From: a virus
Direction: 5' to 3' (one strand)
DNA: 64,000 bases
Virus record (IMG/VR): IMGVR_UViG_3300046674_000362
Location: 1-64,000 of that record
In this document: in pieces, positions 1-8,962 of the stretch
How the letters are laid out: every line of letters starts with the position of its first letter
Position numbering within the stretch: the stretch's first letter is position 1
Translations under genes and position numbers: made by a program
Notes under the pieces: model-generated
What the model was told of the DNA's origin: nothing
The model's database searches: none
The model's input: the letters and a program-made list of their open reading frames with translations, nothing else

Positions 1-880
1 CGTCCACCGGCAGCAGCCACCCGAACGGCTCATCCGGGCGCACGGCGATGAGGCCGACGCATGCCTGAATGGCCTTTGGACCCAGCAGGTACTTGCTCGA
101 CTGCTCACTGAAGCGGCCCAGCACCTTGATGTCGAATTCCTCGGGGGTGTACTGCTTCTTTTTCTCGGCAACAAATTCCTCGGACACGATAGGCGAGTCC
201 GCCGAGCTGAATACCAGGGAGTTCCACGATCCGCCCTCGGCCTTCGACAGCGTATGGTGCGTGTCGTAGAAGAACCCGGACGAGCGGGTAGGCTGCGACG
301 CGATACACATGCGGTTGCGCTTGTCCGTCAACGCCCCGGTGATAACCCCGAAATTGGCGTCAGGCACGCCCGAGGCTTCGTCAACGAGGAACAGCAGCCA
401 GTCGCGGTGAGCGCCCGCAAGGTTCTCAGGCGAGCCGCGCGGCGCGGTCTTGGCGACGATCCACCATGACAGCTTGAAGCCCTTCACGAATACGCGCTCG
501 GCCTGCACCTCGAAATACTCGGCAATCCATGCGTGCGGGCCGCTCTTGATCTTGCCCATCAGGTCGGCGAACTCTTTCCATACGCCGTCAGAAACAGTCG
601 TCAGCTTCGGGGCGGATAGGATCGTGTTGCTGTTGTGATAGCAAAGCAGGTGCCACAGGCCGATGATGCCGTAGCCTGCGGTCTTGCCGGTGCCGTGGCC
701 GGACGAAATCGAGGTGCGGGAACCCGGCTCCTGCACGCTCTCGAACATTTCCCATTGCTGATGGGTCGGGATGGTGCGGCACACCTCAATGGCGAACCTG
801 GGGAGGTCGTAGGCGTAGCGCTTGGCGAATTCCGTGTAGCGCGGGTCTTGCAGCAGAGTGAGCTTCGATGTTGCGGCCAC
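1..880 (-). CDS. pacB: Terminase large subunit, P1 PacB-like (3' end runs off the window)
   Basis: Not in the ORF track. Translated by hand from GTG at 880: MAATSKLTLLQDPRY...SSGHGTGKT (Walker A)...LFLVDEASGV (Walker B)...SQPTRSSGFFY. Confidence 0.92.
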   Translation of the reverse strand, partial: MAATSKLTLLQDPRYTEFAKRYAYDLPRFAIEVCRTIPTHQQWEMFESVQEPGSRTSISSGHGTGKTAGYGIIGLWHLLCYHNSNTILSAPKLTTVSDGVWKEFADLMGKIKSGPHAWIAEYFEVQAERVFVKGFKLSWWIVAKTAPRGSPENLAGAHRDWLLFLVDEASGVPDANFGVITGALTDKRNRMCIASQPTRSSGFFYDTHHTLSKAEGGSWNSLVFSSADSPIVSEEFVAEKKKQYTPEEFDIKVLGRFSEQSSKYLLGPKAIQACVGLIAVRPDEPFGWLLPVD

Positions 881-884
881 AGCC

Positions 885-1772
885 TCACTCCCTCACATCC
901 ACGTCCACGGCATCGGCAGCACGGCGCTGGCGCTCCAGCACCTTCCTGCGGTTCTCCTGCATCTGCGCGTAACCGGCCGCGTAGAAGTCGTCCAGCTCGG
1001 CGGTCGATGCCATCGTGTGCGTAATCTCGCCGGTCGTTTCAACCTGATCCTTCCAGCCCGCGAGGTTCTTGGTAGCAAACACGGCAAAGCGCGGCTCATA
1101 TACACCAGACATCCCGCCCTCAACCAGCAGACTTTCCTGGGCGTCCCTCGCGCGCGCGTATGCGTAAGAAAATTCCGGGCGCTTGAGGGCTCCAGCTTGG
1201 TCTTTTTCGGTTGCCCAGTCGTGAAGCGTCTGCCGGGTAACGCCGATCTTGGCGGCGAAGCGCGTCAGGGTCGGGAACGTGTTGACGACGAGCTTCTGTT
1301 CGGTTCGGGTCTTGCCGTCCTTGTCCACCACGTCCACGTCTACAACCCGCTGCACCTCTATGTCGAAGTAGGAAATCAGCTCGGCGACGAACTCGGGGCG
1401 GTACTCACTTGGGCGGCCGACAGGGCGACGGCCGAGGGCCAGCGCCAAGTCCCGTTGGGACAGGCCAGAGGCTCCTGCAGGGGGTTCTTCCGCAGGGTGC
1501 GGAGGTGCCTTTTCTTCCCCCTTGGCCGAAACTTTCGGGGTCTTGGTAGTCGAAACTTTCGGGCGCGGCGAAACTTTCGGGGCTTCGTCTTGTTTCGGTG
1601 CCTGGGAGGCGCTTTCCCCTCCCCTCGTCCAGCCCTCACGCTCGGCAGTCTTGCTCACCGCGACGCGGCTGCACCCGAACTTGTCGGCGACCGTCTGGAA
1701 CGATACGCTGGCGTCGCCGCCCTCCCACATTGCGCGGGCTTCCGCCCACTGCTCTTTGCTCAACCGTGCCAT
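885..1772 (-). CDS. Terminase small subunit (PacA position)
   Basis: N-terminal HTH (QTVADKFGCSRVAVSK), GRPSEY motif, second HTH-like segment (PTLTRFAAKIGVTRQTLHDW), FATKNLAGWKD; directly upstream of terL. Confidence 0.85.
   Translation of the reverse strand: MARLSKEQWAEARAMWEGGDASVSFQTVADKFGCSRVAVSKTAEREGWTRGGESASQAPKQDEAPKVSPRPKVSTTKTPKVSAKGEEKAPPHPAEEPPAGASGLSQRDLALALGRRPVGRPSEYRPEFVAELISYFDIEVQRVVDVDVVDKDGKTRTEQKLVVNTFPTLTRFAAKIGVTRQTLHDWATEKDQAGALKRPEFSYAYARARDAQESLLVEGGMSGVYEPRFAVFATKNLAGWKDQVETTGEITHTMASTAELDDFYAAGYAQMQENRRKVLERQRRAADAVDVDVRE
1527..1581. repeat. Three copies of CGAAACTTTCGGG (palindromic core) inside terS; candidate pac signal
   Basis: Copies at 1527, 1551 and 1569; core CGAAA-C-TTTCG is an inverted repeat. 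The repeat is seen directly; the pac role is inferred. Confidence 0.6.
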
Positions 1773-1798
1773 GCACTGCCCCTATGCTGCTCTATGGC

Positions 1799-2002
1799 TC
1801 ATGATGCCGGGCACAGCGAGACAGCAGAGGCCGAGTTTTCCCGCGTGCCTTCATCGGCCATGTGCGTTGCGACCATCAGGACCAGGATCAGGACAGCGGC
1901 ACGGATCATGCGCTTGGTCGGGCGACCCGGCTCAACCATGTGCAGCAGCCCATAGGCAGCGAGCCACGAGAGGATTTTTCCGACAATGAACAGCGCGCCC
2001 AT
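1799..2002 (-). CDS. Small membrane protein
   Basis: 67 aa with two hydrophobic segments; start overlaps the stop of the upstream gene. Confidence 0.55.
   Translation of the reverse strand: MGALFIVGKILSWLAAYGLLHMVEPGRPTKRMIRAAVLILVLMVATHMADEGTRENSASAVSLCPAS
1801..1842 (-). promoter_or_regulatory. Late promoter element upstream of terS
   Basis: GGGAAAA-N29-CATCAT on the minus strand; same geometry as eight other copies. Confidence 0.65.
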
Positions 2003-2700
2003 CAGAACAGGTCCAGTTGCGGGATGAACGAGGCGAGCGGGCCTTCCTTCCCCTTGGCGATGGCAAGGCAGTGTTCCTCGATCAGCGCGCGGCGGTTGCT
2101 TGACTCCTTCAGCGGGATCATGGCCGCCTCCAGGCGCTCCACGGCGGCGGTCAGCTTGGTCCCGGCGCGCAGCTCTTCCCAGGCGGCCGGATTCAGCTCT
2201 TGCACGCGGCCCAGCGCATCGTTCACGGCCTCGGCAGCGACGGTGACGGCCTGAAGGTCCACGCGGGCGACGGCGCGTTCGCTCCCGTAGCGGACAAACG
2301 CCTCGGTCATCGCCGTAACCTGCGACTGGACGAGCTGCTCGAAGCCCCGGAACATGGCGAAACTTTCGGCCGCGACCGGATCGCGCTCCGGGTGCGGGGA
2401 AATACCCATCAGGTAGTCCACCGACACGGAGTACGCCTTGCTCATGTTCAGCAGGAACTTCCAGTCATCGGGCACCTTGCGCTCGCCGCTCTCGATCTGG
2501 CTGAGCTGGGTCGAGTTCTTGTAGCCGAGGCGCTGGGCCGCCTCTACAGCGGTCAGGCCATTCATCACGCGCGCCGAAACCATCCGTTCGCGCATCAGCT
2601 CCCTCTCGCGCGGCACGTCCTTGTTGCGCACGAAGCGCTTGGACGGGGCGCTTGGCACGCCTTCCAGCGCAATGGTGACGACTTCCTCGGTGTTGCTCAT
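2002..2700 (-). CDS. XRE-family HTH transcriptional regulator (candidate late activator)
   Basis: RVMNGLTAVEAAQRLGYKNSTQLSQIESGER...YSVSVDYLMG is an XRE HTH, followed by a helical C-terminal region. Confidence 0.8.
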   Translation of the reverse strand: MSNTEEVVTIALEGVPSAPSKRFVRNKDVPRERELMRERMVSARVMNGLTAVEAAQRLGYKNSTQLSQIESGERKVPDDWKFLLNMSKAYSVSVDYLMGISPHPERDPVAAESFAMFRGFEQLVQSQVTAMTEAFVRYGSERAVARVDLQAVTVAAEAVNDALGRVQELNPAAWEELRAGTKLTAAVERLEAAMIPLKESSNRRALIEEHCLAIAKGKEGPLASFIPQLDLF

Positions 2701-3158
2701 ACCATCCCCAGTATTTGATTAACGTAGTTGTCCAAATTCGCCCGATTTTGGTAATGGGCCAGTATCTTTTGCAGCAGAACGTCGGCGACAGCGCTATACA
2801 GGCGCTCGAAGTCCTCGGGCTTCATGCGGCCAAAGCTGATCGACTTGGCCTTGACGCGCATATCGCCGTTGATGCGGTAGGTAACGGTGAAGAACCCGGC
2901 CGCGATGGTCACGTCCTCGCGGAACTGTTCAAAGTCCTTCTGCACCGGGAAGCCCTTGTATTCGCCCTGGGGCGGGTTGAACGCATCGAATCCGACGCGC
3001 AGCAGGGCGAAGAACTTCCGGTGGAACATCGGGTTGCGCACCTGCTTGACCTCGGCGCGCACCAGCACGCCCTGTTTGATCTTGGCGATCTTCTCGGCCT
3101 CCAGCTCGTCGGCCGGGTACAGAAAGCCCTTGGGGTGCTTCAGCAGCAGGATGTCCAT
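2697..3158 (-). CDS. DUF1367 / NinB-like protein
   Basis: VRNPMFHRKFFALL...KSISFGRMKPEDFERLY signature. Confidence 0.82.
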   Translation of the reverse strand: MDILLLKHPKGFLYPADELEAEKIAKIKQGVLVRAEVKQVRNPMFHRKFFALLRVGFDAFNPPQGEYKGFPVQKDFEQFREDVTIAAGFFTVTYRINGDMRVKAKSISFGRMKPEDFERLYSAVADVLLQKILAHYQNRANLDNYVNQILGMV

Positions 3159-3566
3159 TCAGGCGGCTTCCTCGGTGCGTTCCCGCGCAAACGGGAACAA
3201 GGCGTGCAGCAGGCCGGATCGGTGCGCATGCTCACCGCGCGGCCAGTCGTTCACCCCTACGCTGCGCTGGACCACAATGCTGGCGTCCTTGCAGTCGCCG
3301 ACCGGCAGCGGGCCGCTTTCGGTGCCCAGGCAATACAGGGCGGTCTGCCTGCGGGCGCTGTTGTGCTTCGTGTGGACGGCGAGCCGCAGGATGTCGCACA
3401 GGTAGGTCACATACATATTCGCCATGCGCGGAGGCAGATTGACCAGCTCCGCGATCTGCGCCGCACTGGCGGTTTTCTCGCGCGCCACCAGGGCGATGAT
3501 CGCTTCCAGGCGCTCAATCGCGCGCGGCGTGTCCATGCGACAGCCTTGATAGGTGATCCCGCTCAC
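3159..3566 (-). CDS. Hypothetical protein, probable winged HTH
   Basis: SAAQIAELVNLPPRMANMYVTYL; coupled to both neighbours. Confidence 0.6.
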   Translation of the reverse strand: MSGITYQGCRMDTPRAIERLEAIIALVAREKTASAAQIAELVNLPPRMANMYVTYLCDILRLAVHTKHNSARRQTALYCLGTESGPLPVGDCKDASIVVQRSVGVNDWPRGEHAHRSGLLHALFPFARERTEEAA

Positions 3567-4024
3567 TTGCTACTCTCTCGAATCAGGATGCCGTGTACGG
3601 TCATCATCAGGTGCTTCTTGTTGCGGTAGGCGGCCAGCTTGCGCGTGACATCGCTTTTGAAGTCCTCGACCACCTGCGCGCCGTTCTCCATGTAGGTGAA
3701 GTCGGCCTTGTAGCGCAGCGCGGGCTTCCTGCGCCCTTCGCCCAGGTCGCACGCCGGGGCCAGGACAAAGTAGACGCCGCGCTTCAGGTCCGTGATCTGC
3801 TCCATCGCCTGCATCCGGCACAGCTCGACGTAGCGGGCATACTCGCCTTCACTGTCCCACGTCACGCCATCCACCACCACCTTGCGATTACGGAACTTCG
3901 GGCGCTTGGCAGGCGCAGCTTCAACCACCGGGCGGCCACCAGCGCCAGCGGTGCGGGCCTGGGCCAGCGCCAGATCGGCGGCGGACCAGCGGCCTCCCTT
4001 GCTGCGGTTGAATGAGGTTGCCAC
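3563..4024 (-). CDS. DUF1064-family putative PD-(D/E)xK endonuclease/resolvase
   Basis: KFRNRKVVVDGVTWDSEGEYARYVEL...YKADFTY...VVEDFK...YRNKKHLM. Confidence 0.85.
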   Translation of the reverse strand: MATSFNRSKGGRWSAADLALAQARTAGAGGRPVVEAAPAKRPKFRNRKVVVDGVTWDSEGEYARYVELCRMQAMEQITDLKRGVYFVLAPACDLGEGRRKPALRYKADFTYMENGAQVVEDFKSDVTRKLAAYRNKKHLMMTVHGILIRESSK

Positions 4025-4036
4025 AGCGCGCGGTCC

Positions 4037-4342
4037 TTACAGTGGTTGGAACTGAGCCTTCAGGCCCATGAGCGCGTTCAGGTCGGCGATGGCCCAGCCG
4101 GTGATGTAGTGGAAGCGGATCAGGATGGCCGACGTGACGCTGACTTTCTTGCTGCGGACCTTGCTGATGACGGCTGGCGGCAGCTTCATCGCGCGCGACA
4201 GGGCTGCGTCGTTCTTGAGTTTCAGGCGCTCCAGCATCGTGTCCAGCAGATGCGCCGGGGTGTAGTCGGGGTCGTCGAGGTGATTCTCGGTCAGGGCGAT
4301 GATGTGGGCGTTCGGCGCGGCTTTCTTTTGTTCAGCACTCAT
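4037..4342 (-). CDS. Small XRE-like HTH protein of the KNDAALSR family
   Basis: LLDTMLERLKLKNDAALSRAMKLPPAVISKVR; start reassigned to ATG 4342, with an AT-rich upstream region. Confidence 0.75.
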   Translation of the reverse strand: MSAEQKKAAPNAHIIALTENHLDDPDYTPAHLLDTMLERLKLKNDAALSRAMKLPPAVISKVRSKKVSVTSAILIRFHYITGWAIADLNALMGLKAQFQPL

Positions 4343-4399
4343 TGCGGGGCTCTCTGAAATGAAAATAGGGACTCCAATGCCTATGCAATTGGAGTCCCT

Positions 4400-4429
4400 A
4401 TTACTGACAGCAATATATTTGAATGTCAA
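4400..4429 (-). promoter_or_regulatory. Sigma70-like promoter for the 4037-4342 gene
   Basis: TTGACA (4429-4424), 18-nt spacer, AGTAAT, within an AT-rich intergenic island. Confidence 0.5.
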
Positions 4430-4484
4430 TATTCTAAGGTAAATTTATTGGCTTTGAGAATCTGAACTATTGCAATGCTTATAT

Positions 4485-4775
4485 CTACGGGCGCAATAAT
4501 GCCGCCTTAGCCGGTGCCGACAGCGCCTCATGCTTCGCTGCACGGAACTCCACCAGTCGCCGATACTCGGTCGCTACGTCCTGCTGCTGCTTCTTCATCG
4601 CCTCTACCCCATCGTCCTTGAGCGTCTGGTTGTACACCTCTTGCCGTCGAGCCTTCGGCATCGCCGCCAACATGCGCAGCTCACAACACACCCTACCCTT
4701 CTTCATCCTGCCCGAGAACGTCAGGCACCACTCGCACGGCCCCTGCTCGGCCTGGGTTAAGAGGTCGCCGCCCAT
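4485..4775 (-). CDS. Hypothetical protein (Cys-containing N-terminus)
   Basis: ORF track; CEWC and CC motifs; overlaps the end of the upstream gene. Confidence 0.6.
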   Translation of the reverse strand: MGGDLLTQAEQGPCEWCLTFSGRMKKGRVCCELRMLAAMPKARRQEVYNQTLKDDGVEAMKKQQQDVATEYRRLVEFRAAKHEALSAPAKAALLRP

Positions 4776-6115
4776 GCCGCGTATCCATGTGTGCGCATGA
4801 GTTCATACAGGACGCGGGCGTGCTCCGGTTCGAGGTCGAACGGCTTCCTGCCGGGGATGCGCAGGTGCAGCGAGCCATCCGACATCACGCCAGCCAGGAA
4901 GCGCTCGGCTCCCGCATCACGCGCCTGGGCATCTGTCCTAAATGGGGTGATTTCGGACGTGGCAAACGGGCGCGTCAGGATCGGCAGGCCGCCGAGGATG
5001 CTGACGGGCTCCAAAGCGGCGGGCTCTGGTGCCAATTCTGGCACTTTTACGGCTGCCTGCTCAGGCTGCGCGTCGGGGGCGGCCTCGGCACTGGCCACCC
5101 ATGCGGCAGCGGCATCCGGCTCGACAGGCGCGGGCGCGGCCGGTGCCGGGGCGGCTGCTTCCGGGTCGGCCTGCGCTACCCACTCGGCAGCAGTCGCGGC
5201 GGTGGGCGCAGCCTGGGCCGATTCGGCAAGCGCTTCCTCCAGGCGCGCGACAGTCTCGCAGTCGTCGCACAGCAAGGCGCGCTCGGCGGCGCTGCGCGGG
5301 TCATCGGCGTGCGGGCCGCAGTTCATCGTGCAGCGCTTCGAGCCCGGCACATATGCGGCCAGGGCGGCAGGGTCGGCGCGCGGGAACTCAATCGCGGCCG
5401 GGGTCGGGGCGGTGCGCGCCGTCACTACCGGGGCGGCCAGCTCGACGGCAGCCGGGGGCTGGTCGGCGGGCTTCTTCTTTGCGGCCTCGCCGAGCGTCCA
5501 CATTTTCGCCCGCATAACCACGCGGCCGTCGCGCATCGCATCGCGCAGGTAGCTGGACGGGTGATGCTTCGGTGGCAAGCCCATCACACGCACCAGCATT
5601 TCAGTCGGCACCGGCTCGCCGTCGGCGGCGCGCAGGCATTCAAGCGCCAGCTCGACCTTCGTTGGCGCGCGTACTGGCGCGGGGGCTTTAGCGGTAGGCG
5701 GGATCAGGGGCACGCCTTCCTTGCGCGTCACCGGCACGTCGATGTCCAGCGGGGCGGCGGCAACCTCCAACTTCTTCGCGGCAGCGGCGGCAGCGGCGGC
5801 AGCGGCGGCAGCGGCGGCAGCGGCGGCGGACTTGCGCAGCCAAGCATCCTGGGCCACGTTGTTGCCCAGGTCGGTTCGAGTGCTCTCGATCACTGCGTCC
5901 GCGCGGCGGAACGACATCACCGTGCGGCCATTCGGTGCGAGAAAGGGTTCTTCCACGATCAGGCCGCCTTTGATTTCGTCGGCGATCTGCGGGCGCACCG
6001 TTTCGAGGTCGATGTCCAGGCGGTCGGAAATCTCGACAGTGCGAATGTTCGGATTCGCGGCGATCAGGTCAAGGATTTTTTGCTTCATGGGATGCATGGG
6101 GTACTCCGCTGTCAT
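4757..6115 (-). CDS. Ala/Pro-rich protein with N-terminal winged HTH and poly-Ala tract
   Basis: KILDLIAANPNIRTVEISDRLDID is wHTH-like; start placed at ATG 6115, just after the upstream stop at 6117. Confidence 0.7.
   Translation of the reverse strand: MTAEYPMHPMKQKILDLIAANPNIRTVEISDRLDIDLETVRPQIADEIKGGLIVEEPFLAPNGRTVMSFRRADAVIESTRTDLGNNVAQDAWLRKSAAAAAAAAAAAAAAAAAKKLEVAAAPLDIDVPVTRKEGVPLIPPTAKAPAPVRAPTKVELALECLRAADGEPVPTEMLVRVMGLPPKHHPSSYLRDAMRDGRVVMRAKMWTLGEAAKKKPADQPPAAVELAAPVVTARTAPTPAAIEFPRADPAALAAYVPGSKRCTMNCGPHADDPRSAAERALLCDDCETVARLEEALAESAQAAPTAATAAEWVAQADPEAAAPAPAAPAPVEPDAAAAWVASAEAAPDAQPEQAAVKVPELAPEPAALEPVSILGGLPILTRPFATSEITPFRTDAQARDAGAERFLAGVMSDGSLHLRIPGRKPFDLEPEHARVLYELMRTHGYAAWAATS
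5778..5828. repeat. 9-bp tandem repeat (GCGGCAGCG)n encoding about 17 alanines
   Basis: Seen directly. Confidence 0.9.
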
Positions 6116-6116
6116 G

Positions 6117-6965
6117 TTACGGGGTGCCGGGATCGTCGCCCGGCTCGTTCGGTTCCAGTCTCGCCAGCACATCGCGGGCGTGCTCGACGTGGTAGACGTA
6201 CATCACTTCTCCAGCCGCATGGCGCGCGAGTATCGACCGCGCCCGCTCGATGGCGATGTCTCGCGAGGGCTTCTTGTCCGCCAGCGAGGCCATCGCCTTC
6301 ATTGCAGCAGCGCGGGCCTCGGCTGAGGTCATCGCCTTGCCGTCGGCATCCAGCGGCGGGGGAGGAAGCTGCGGAACAAATGGTGGCACGGCCGGGCATC
6401 CCGGCTTGAGGCGCTTATCCAGCAGCTTTTTCCACCGGGCGGCGGCCTGCGAATAGCTCGCCTGCCGCAGCTCGTACTGCCCGAAGTCCACGGCTGCCCA
6501 GTACACGGCCGGGACCGGCCAGCTATCCTCTCCGGTGCGGCGCTTGCGCATTTCCCGCACGGCGTAGTTGAATGCGTCCTCATAGTCCACGGCCGGGCGG
6601 CACAGGGCGACGAACTGCCCTTCCGTCGGTGCCCAGTCTGTGTACTTGTCCCGGCAACGCTCGATCCCTTCGAGCGCCATCTGGAACGTGATGCCCTCGG
6701 AAATCAGCGTGTTCGACCACGCCTTTTTCCAGTCCGCGACGAGCTGCGGTGACGTGAAGTGCGAACTCCACTTGTGCATGTACATGGTCGCGAAGCGCCC
6801 ATACAGGCGGTCGATGGCCGACAGCATCCGGGGCACCTCGCGGACCCCGCCCATGCCATCGGGCTCTACGACCATCACCTCACGCGGCGCGTTCCACGAA
6901 TTAAGCGTCGATGGTGTAGGGCTCGGCTGCTGGGTAAGCTGGTGCTGCTGCGGCTGCTGGGACAT
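6117..6965 (-). CDS. Replication protein P-like / helicase loader
   Basis: W...L...GIT...GIERCR...WAPTEGQFVALCR pattern typical of lambdoid P-like proteins; follows the initiator gene. Confidence 0.7.
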   Translation of the reverse strand: MSQQPQQHQLTQQPSPTPSTLNSWNAPREVMVVEPDGMGGVREVPRMLSAIDRLYGRFATMYMHKWSSHFTSPQLVADWKKAWSNTLISEGITFQMALEGIERCRDKYTDWAPTEGQFVALCRPAVDYEDAFNYAVREMRKRRTGEDSWPVPAVYWAAVDFGQYELRQASYSQAAARWKKLLDKRLKPGCPAVPPFVPQLPPPPLDADGKAMTSAEARAAAMKAMASLADKKPSRDIAIERARSILARHAAGEVMYVYHVEHARDVLARLEPNEPGDDPGTP

Positions 6966-8070
6966 TGGATGCTCCTGAATTCACGTAGGCGTTCGGGTCG
7001 AACTTGGGCGTGCGCGCCGGGGCGCTGCCGCCGTTCGAGTGCTGCGCGAGCTGGTCGGGCTTGACCGGGTACAGATCGGTCCATTTCCCGCTCATCACGC
7101 TTTGCTCGATCACGGCAACCGGGTCTTGCCCGGCGTCGCGCATCTTCGCCAGCTTTTTGATGCACAGCTCGGCAGCACGGTCAGTCATCGGTGCCTTGAC
7201 GGCAATCCGGTGCTCAGCCCAGTCATTCCATGCGGATTCAGGGAGCCAGTCGGGCAAGACTACGACCGGCGCAGCCGGTGCAGCCTTCGATTTCCTCGCG
7301 GCTTTTTTCGTAGGAGGTTTCTCTGGTGGATTATCTGATGGTTCTACTGGGGGTTCTGTGTCCCGTTTTTGGGACGGCTTCGGCGGAAAAACGGTACTGC
7401 TTGCGGGAAAAACGGTACTGCTTGCGGGAAAAACGGTACTGCTTGGAGCTGTGCCAAAAACGGCACCGCTTGAAGCTGTCCCGTTTTCGGCACCTCTTTC
7501 CCAGTGGGCCGCTTTCAACTCCTTCGATGCACCGTGCGGGGCATGCTCGTTACGGCAAAGCGGGTGGCCGCCAAGCTCGCGGAACGCGCGCAGCTCTGCC
7601 GCCTTGGCTTCCACTGGGTTGTCGAACACGGCCAGCACTTCGCGATGCAGGGGGATTTCACGGCTGAGCAAGTCCATGACCCAGCGCGAGCTGCCGCGAT
7701 AGGTGTCCAGCTCCGGGTCGCCGTTGAATGAGCGCATGCCGATGTAGAACTCGCCGGTTTCCGGGTTCGCGGTCCTGTAGACGTAATGGACAGCCGACGC
7801 CGACGGCATGCCGACGAGCTGGTAGACGATTACGCTCTTGGTCGCGCCGACGCGGTGGCCGGTGTCGCGCAGCAGCCCGGATTCACACAGGCGCTTGAGG
7901 TTGGCAAGGATGGTCTTGCGGTCCTGACTGGTATCGCGTGCCAGGGTGGCCGTGCTCGGGAAGCAGACCCCGCGCTCGTCGGCGTAGTTCGCCAAGCAGA
8001 CCATGATGAATTTCTCGCTCGACCGTGAAATATCGAGCTTGAGCACCCACGACATTGCTTCGATGCTCAT
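6901..8070 (-). CDS. Phage replication initiator (N-terminal wHTH) with embedded GIY-YIG domain
   Basis: CLANYADERGVCFPSTATLARDT (phage replication HTH); HYVY-x10-YIG; C-terminal PDWLPESAWNDWAEHR...IEQSVMSGKW domain; internal repeats. Confidence 0.85.
   Translation of the reverse strand: MSIEAMSWVLKLDISRSSEKFIMVCLANYADERGVCFPSTATLARDTSQDRKTILANLKRLCESGLLRDTGHRVGATKSVIVYQLVGMPSASAVHYVYRTANPETGEFYIGMRSFNGDPELDTYRGSSRWVMDLLSREIPLHREVLAVFDNPVEAKAAELRAFRELGGHPLCRNEHAPHGASKELKAAHWERGAENGTASSGAVFGTAPSSTVFPASSTVFPASSTVFPPKPSQKRDTEPPVEPSDNPPEKPPTKKAARKSKAAPAAPVVVLPDWLPESAWNDWAEHRIAVKAPMTDRAAELCIKKLAKMRDAGQDPVAVIEQSVMSGKWTDLYPVKPDQLAQHSNGGSAPARTPKFDPNAYVNSGASNVPAAAAAPAYPAAEPYTIDA
7360..7495. repeat. 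Iteron-like repeats, probable lytic replication origin
   Basis: GGAAAAACGGTACTGCTT three times at 21-bp period (7385-7444), a degenerate copy at about 7456, and inverted CCGTTTT copies at about 7363 and 7481; lambda-O-like placement inside the initiator gene. Confidence 0.8.
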
Positions 8071-8789
8071 TGGCGGACCTCCGCAGTCGTGATTTCCGTC
8101 GAATTTCCGACAGATGAACGCGCGGACACGCTCACCACAGAATTAATCTGTGGTACTATTTTCGTACTCATTGACTGCCCTATCAGTTGATTCGAGTTGA
8201 AGCCGTTCCCTGTTCCAGCAGGTAACGGCTTTTGTTTTTTTACGTCCTTCAGTTGTTGATAAACAACAGCACTAATTACTTTTTTTGCAAACAGGCGCTC
8301 ATGGGTCAGCTCTACGGCGACTTCAAAGCGCGCCAGCATCATATCCCGCGTGAAACCTTCCGGGCGAGGCGCATGCCCGTCCAGAACGGTGTGACACGCA
8401 TAGCAACCATAGGCGGCGTCGGTATCGGCGGCCTTCATGCCTGCGCCAGCGCCGTTGCGGTGGCACAACACGGTCGTGTCGGTGCGATGGTTGCAACATG
8501 GGAATCTTAACGTACATTCCTCATCTTTGGCACTGGCACGAATCGCGGTCATCTTCGGCCCGGTCGATTTCAGGCCGCGCTTGCGAGCCGGGGCAGCTTT
8601 CACCACCAGTCCGGCCGCACCATCCTGCTCGACTTGCTGCATCAGCTCCGGGCACGCGCGCACGGTGATTTCCACCCGCTGCGCCTGGGCCTTCGGAGCC
8701 TTCGCCCGGATCGGGCCGCTGCGCGTGAGCTGCGATGCGCCACGGCTCATAGGCTTGCCGCGCTTGAGTTCACTGCGCTTCAACGTCAT
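8067..8789 (-). CDS. DUF1364-family (His-Me finger-like) putative nuclease
   Basis: ECTLRFPCCNHRTDTTVLCHR...GMK..D..AAYGCYACHTVLDG; start at ATG 8789 (ATGA overlap). Confidence 0.8.
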   Translation of the reverse strand: MTLKRSELKRGKPMSRGASQLTRSGPIRAKAPKAQAQRVEITVRACPELMQQVEQDGAAGLVVKAAPARKRGLKSTGPKMTAIRASAKDEECTLRFPCCNHRTDTTVLCHRNGAGAGMKAADTDAAYGCYACHTVLDGHAPRPEGFTRDMMLARFEVAVELTHERLFAKKVISAVVYQQLKDVKKQKPLPAGTGNGFNSNQLIGQSMSTKIVPQINSVVSVSARSSVGNSTEITTAEVRQ

Positions 8790-8962
8790 TGCTGCTGCGC
8801 CTCCGACTGCTGGGGGGCGGCCGCTGCCGCGCGCGCCTTCACGCACGCAGCGCAGGCGGCATACTGGATGAGCTGCTTGGCCGTCACCTGTCGGCCGCAT
8901 AGGCAGCGCTTGCGCTCCAGCGAACATGCCAGGGCGGACCCCGGATTGCGCTGGCCGCTCAC
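8786..8962 (-). CDS. Small Cys-rich (Zn-binding) protein
   Basis: GTG start overlaps the upstream TGA; CLC...CAAC; stop overlaps the next ATG. Confidence 0.55.
   Translation of the reverse strand: MSGQRNPGSALACSLERKRCLCGRQVTAKQLIQYAACAACVKARAAAAAPQQSEAQQQ

Noticed and set aside
7385-7444. 21-bp repeats, and the array at 16675-16960, as CRISPR arrays
   Set aside because: No unique spacers of regular length and no cas genes; better explained as iterons and a partition site.
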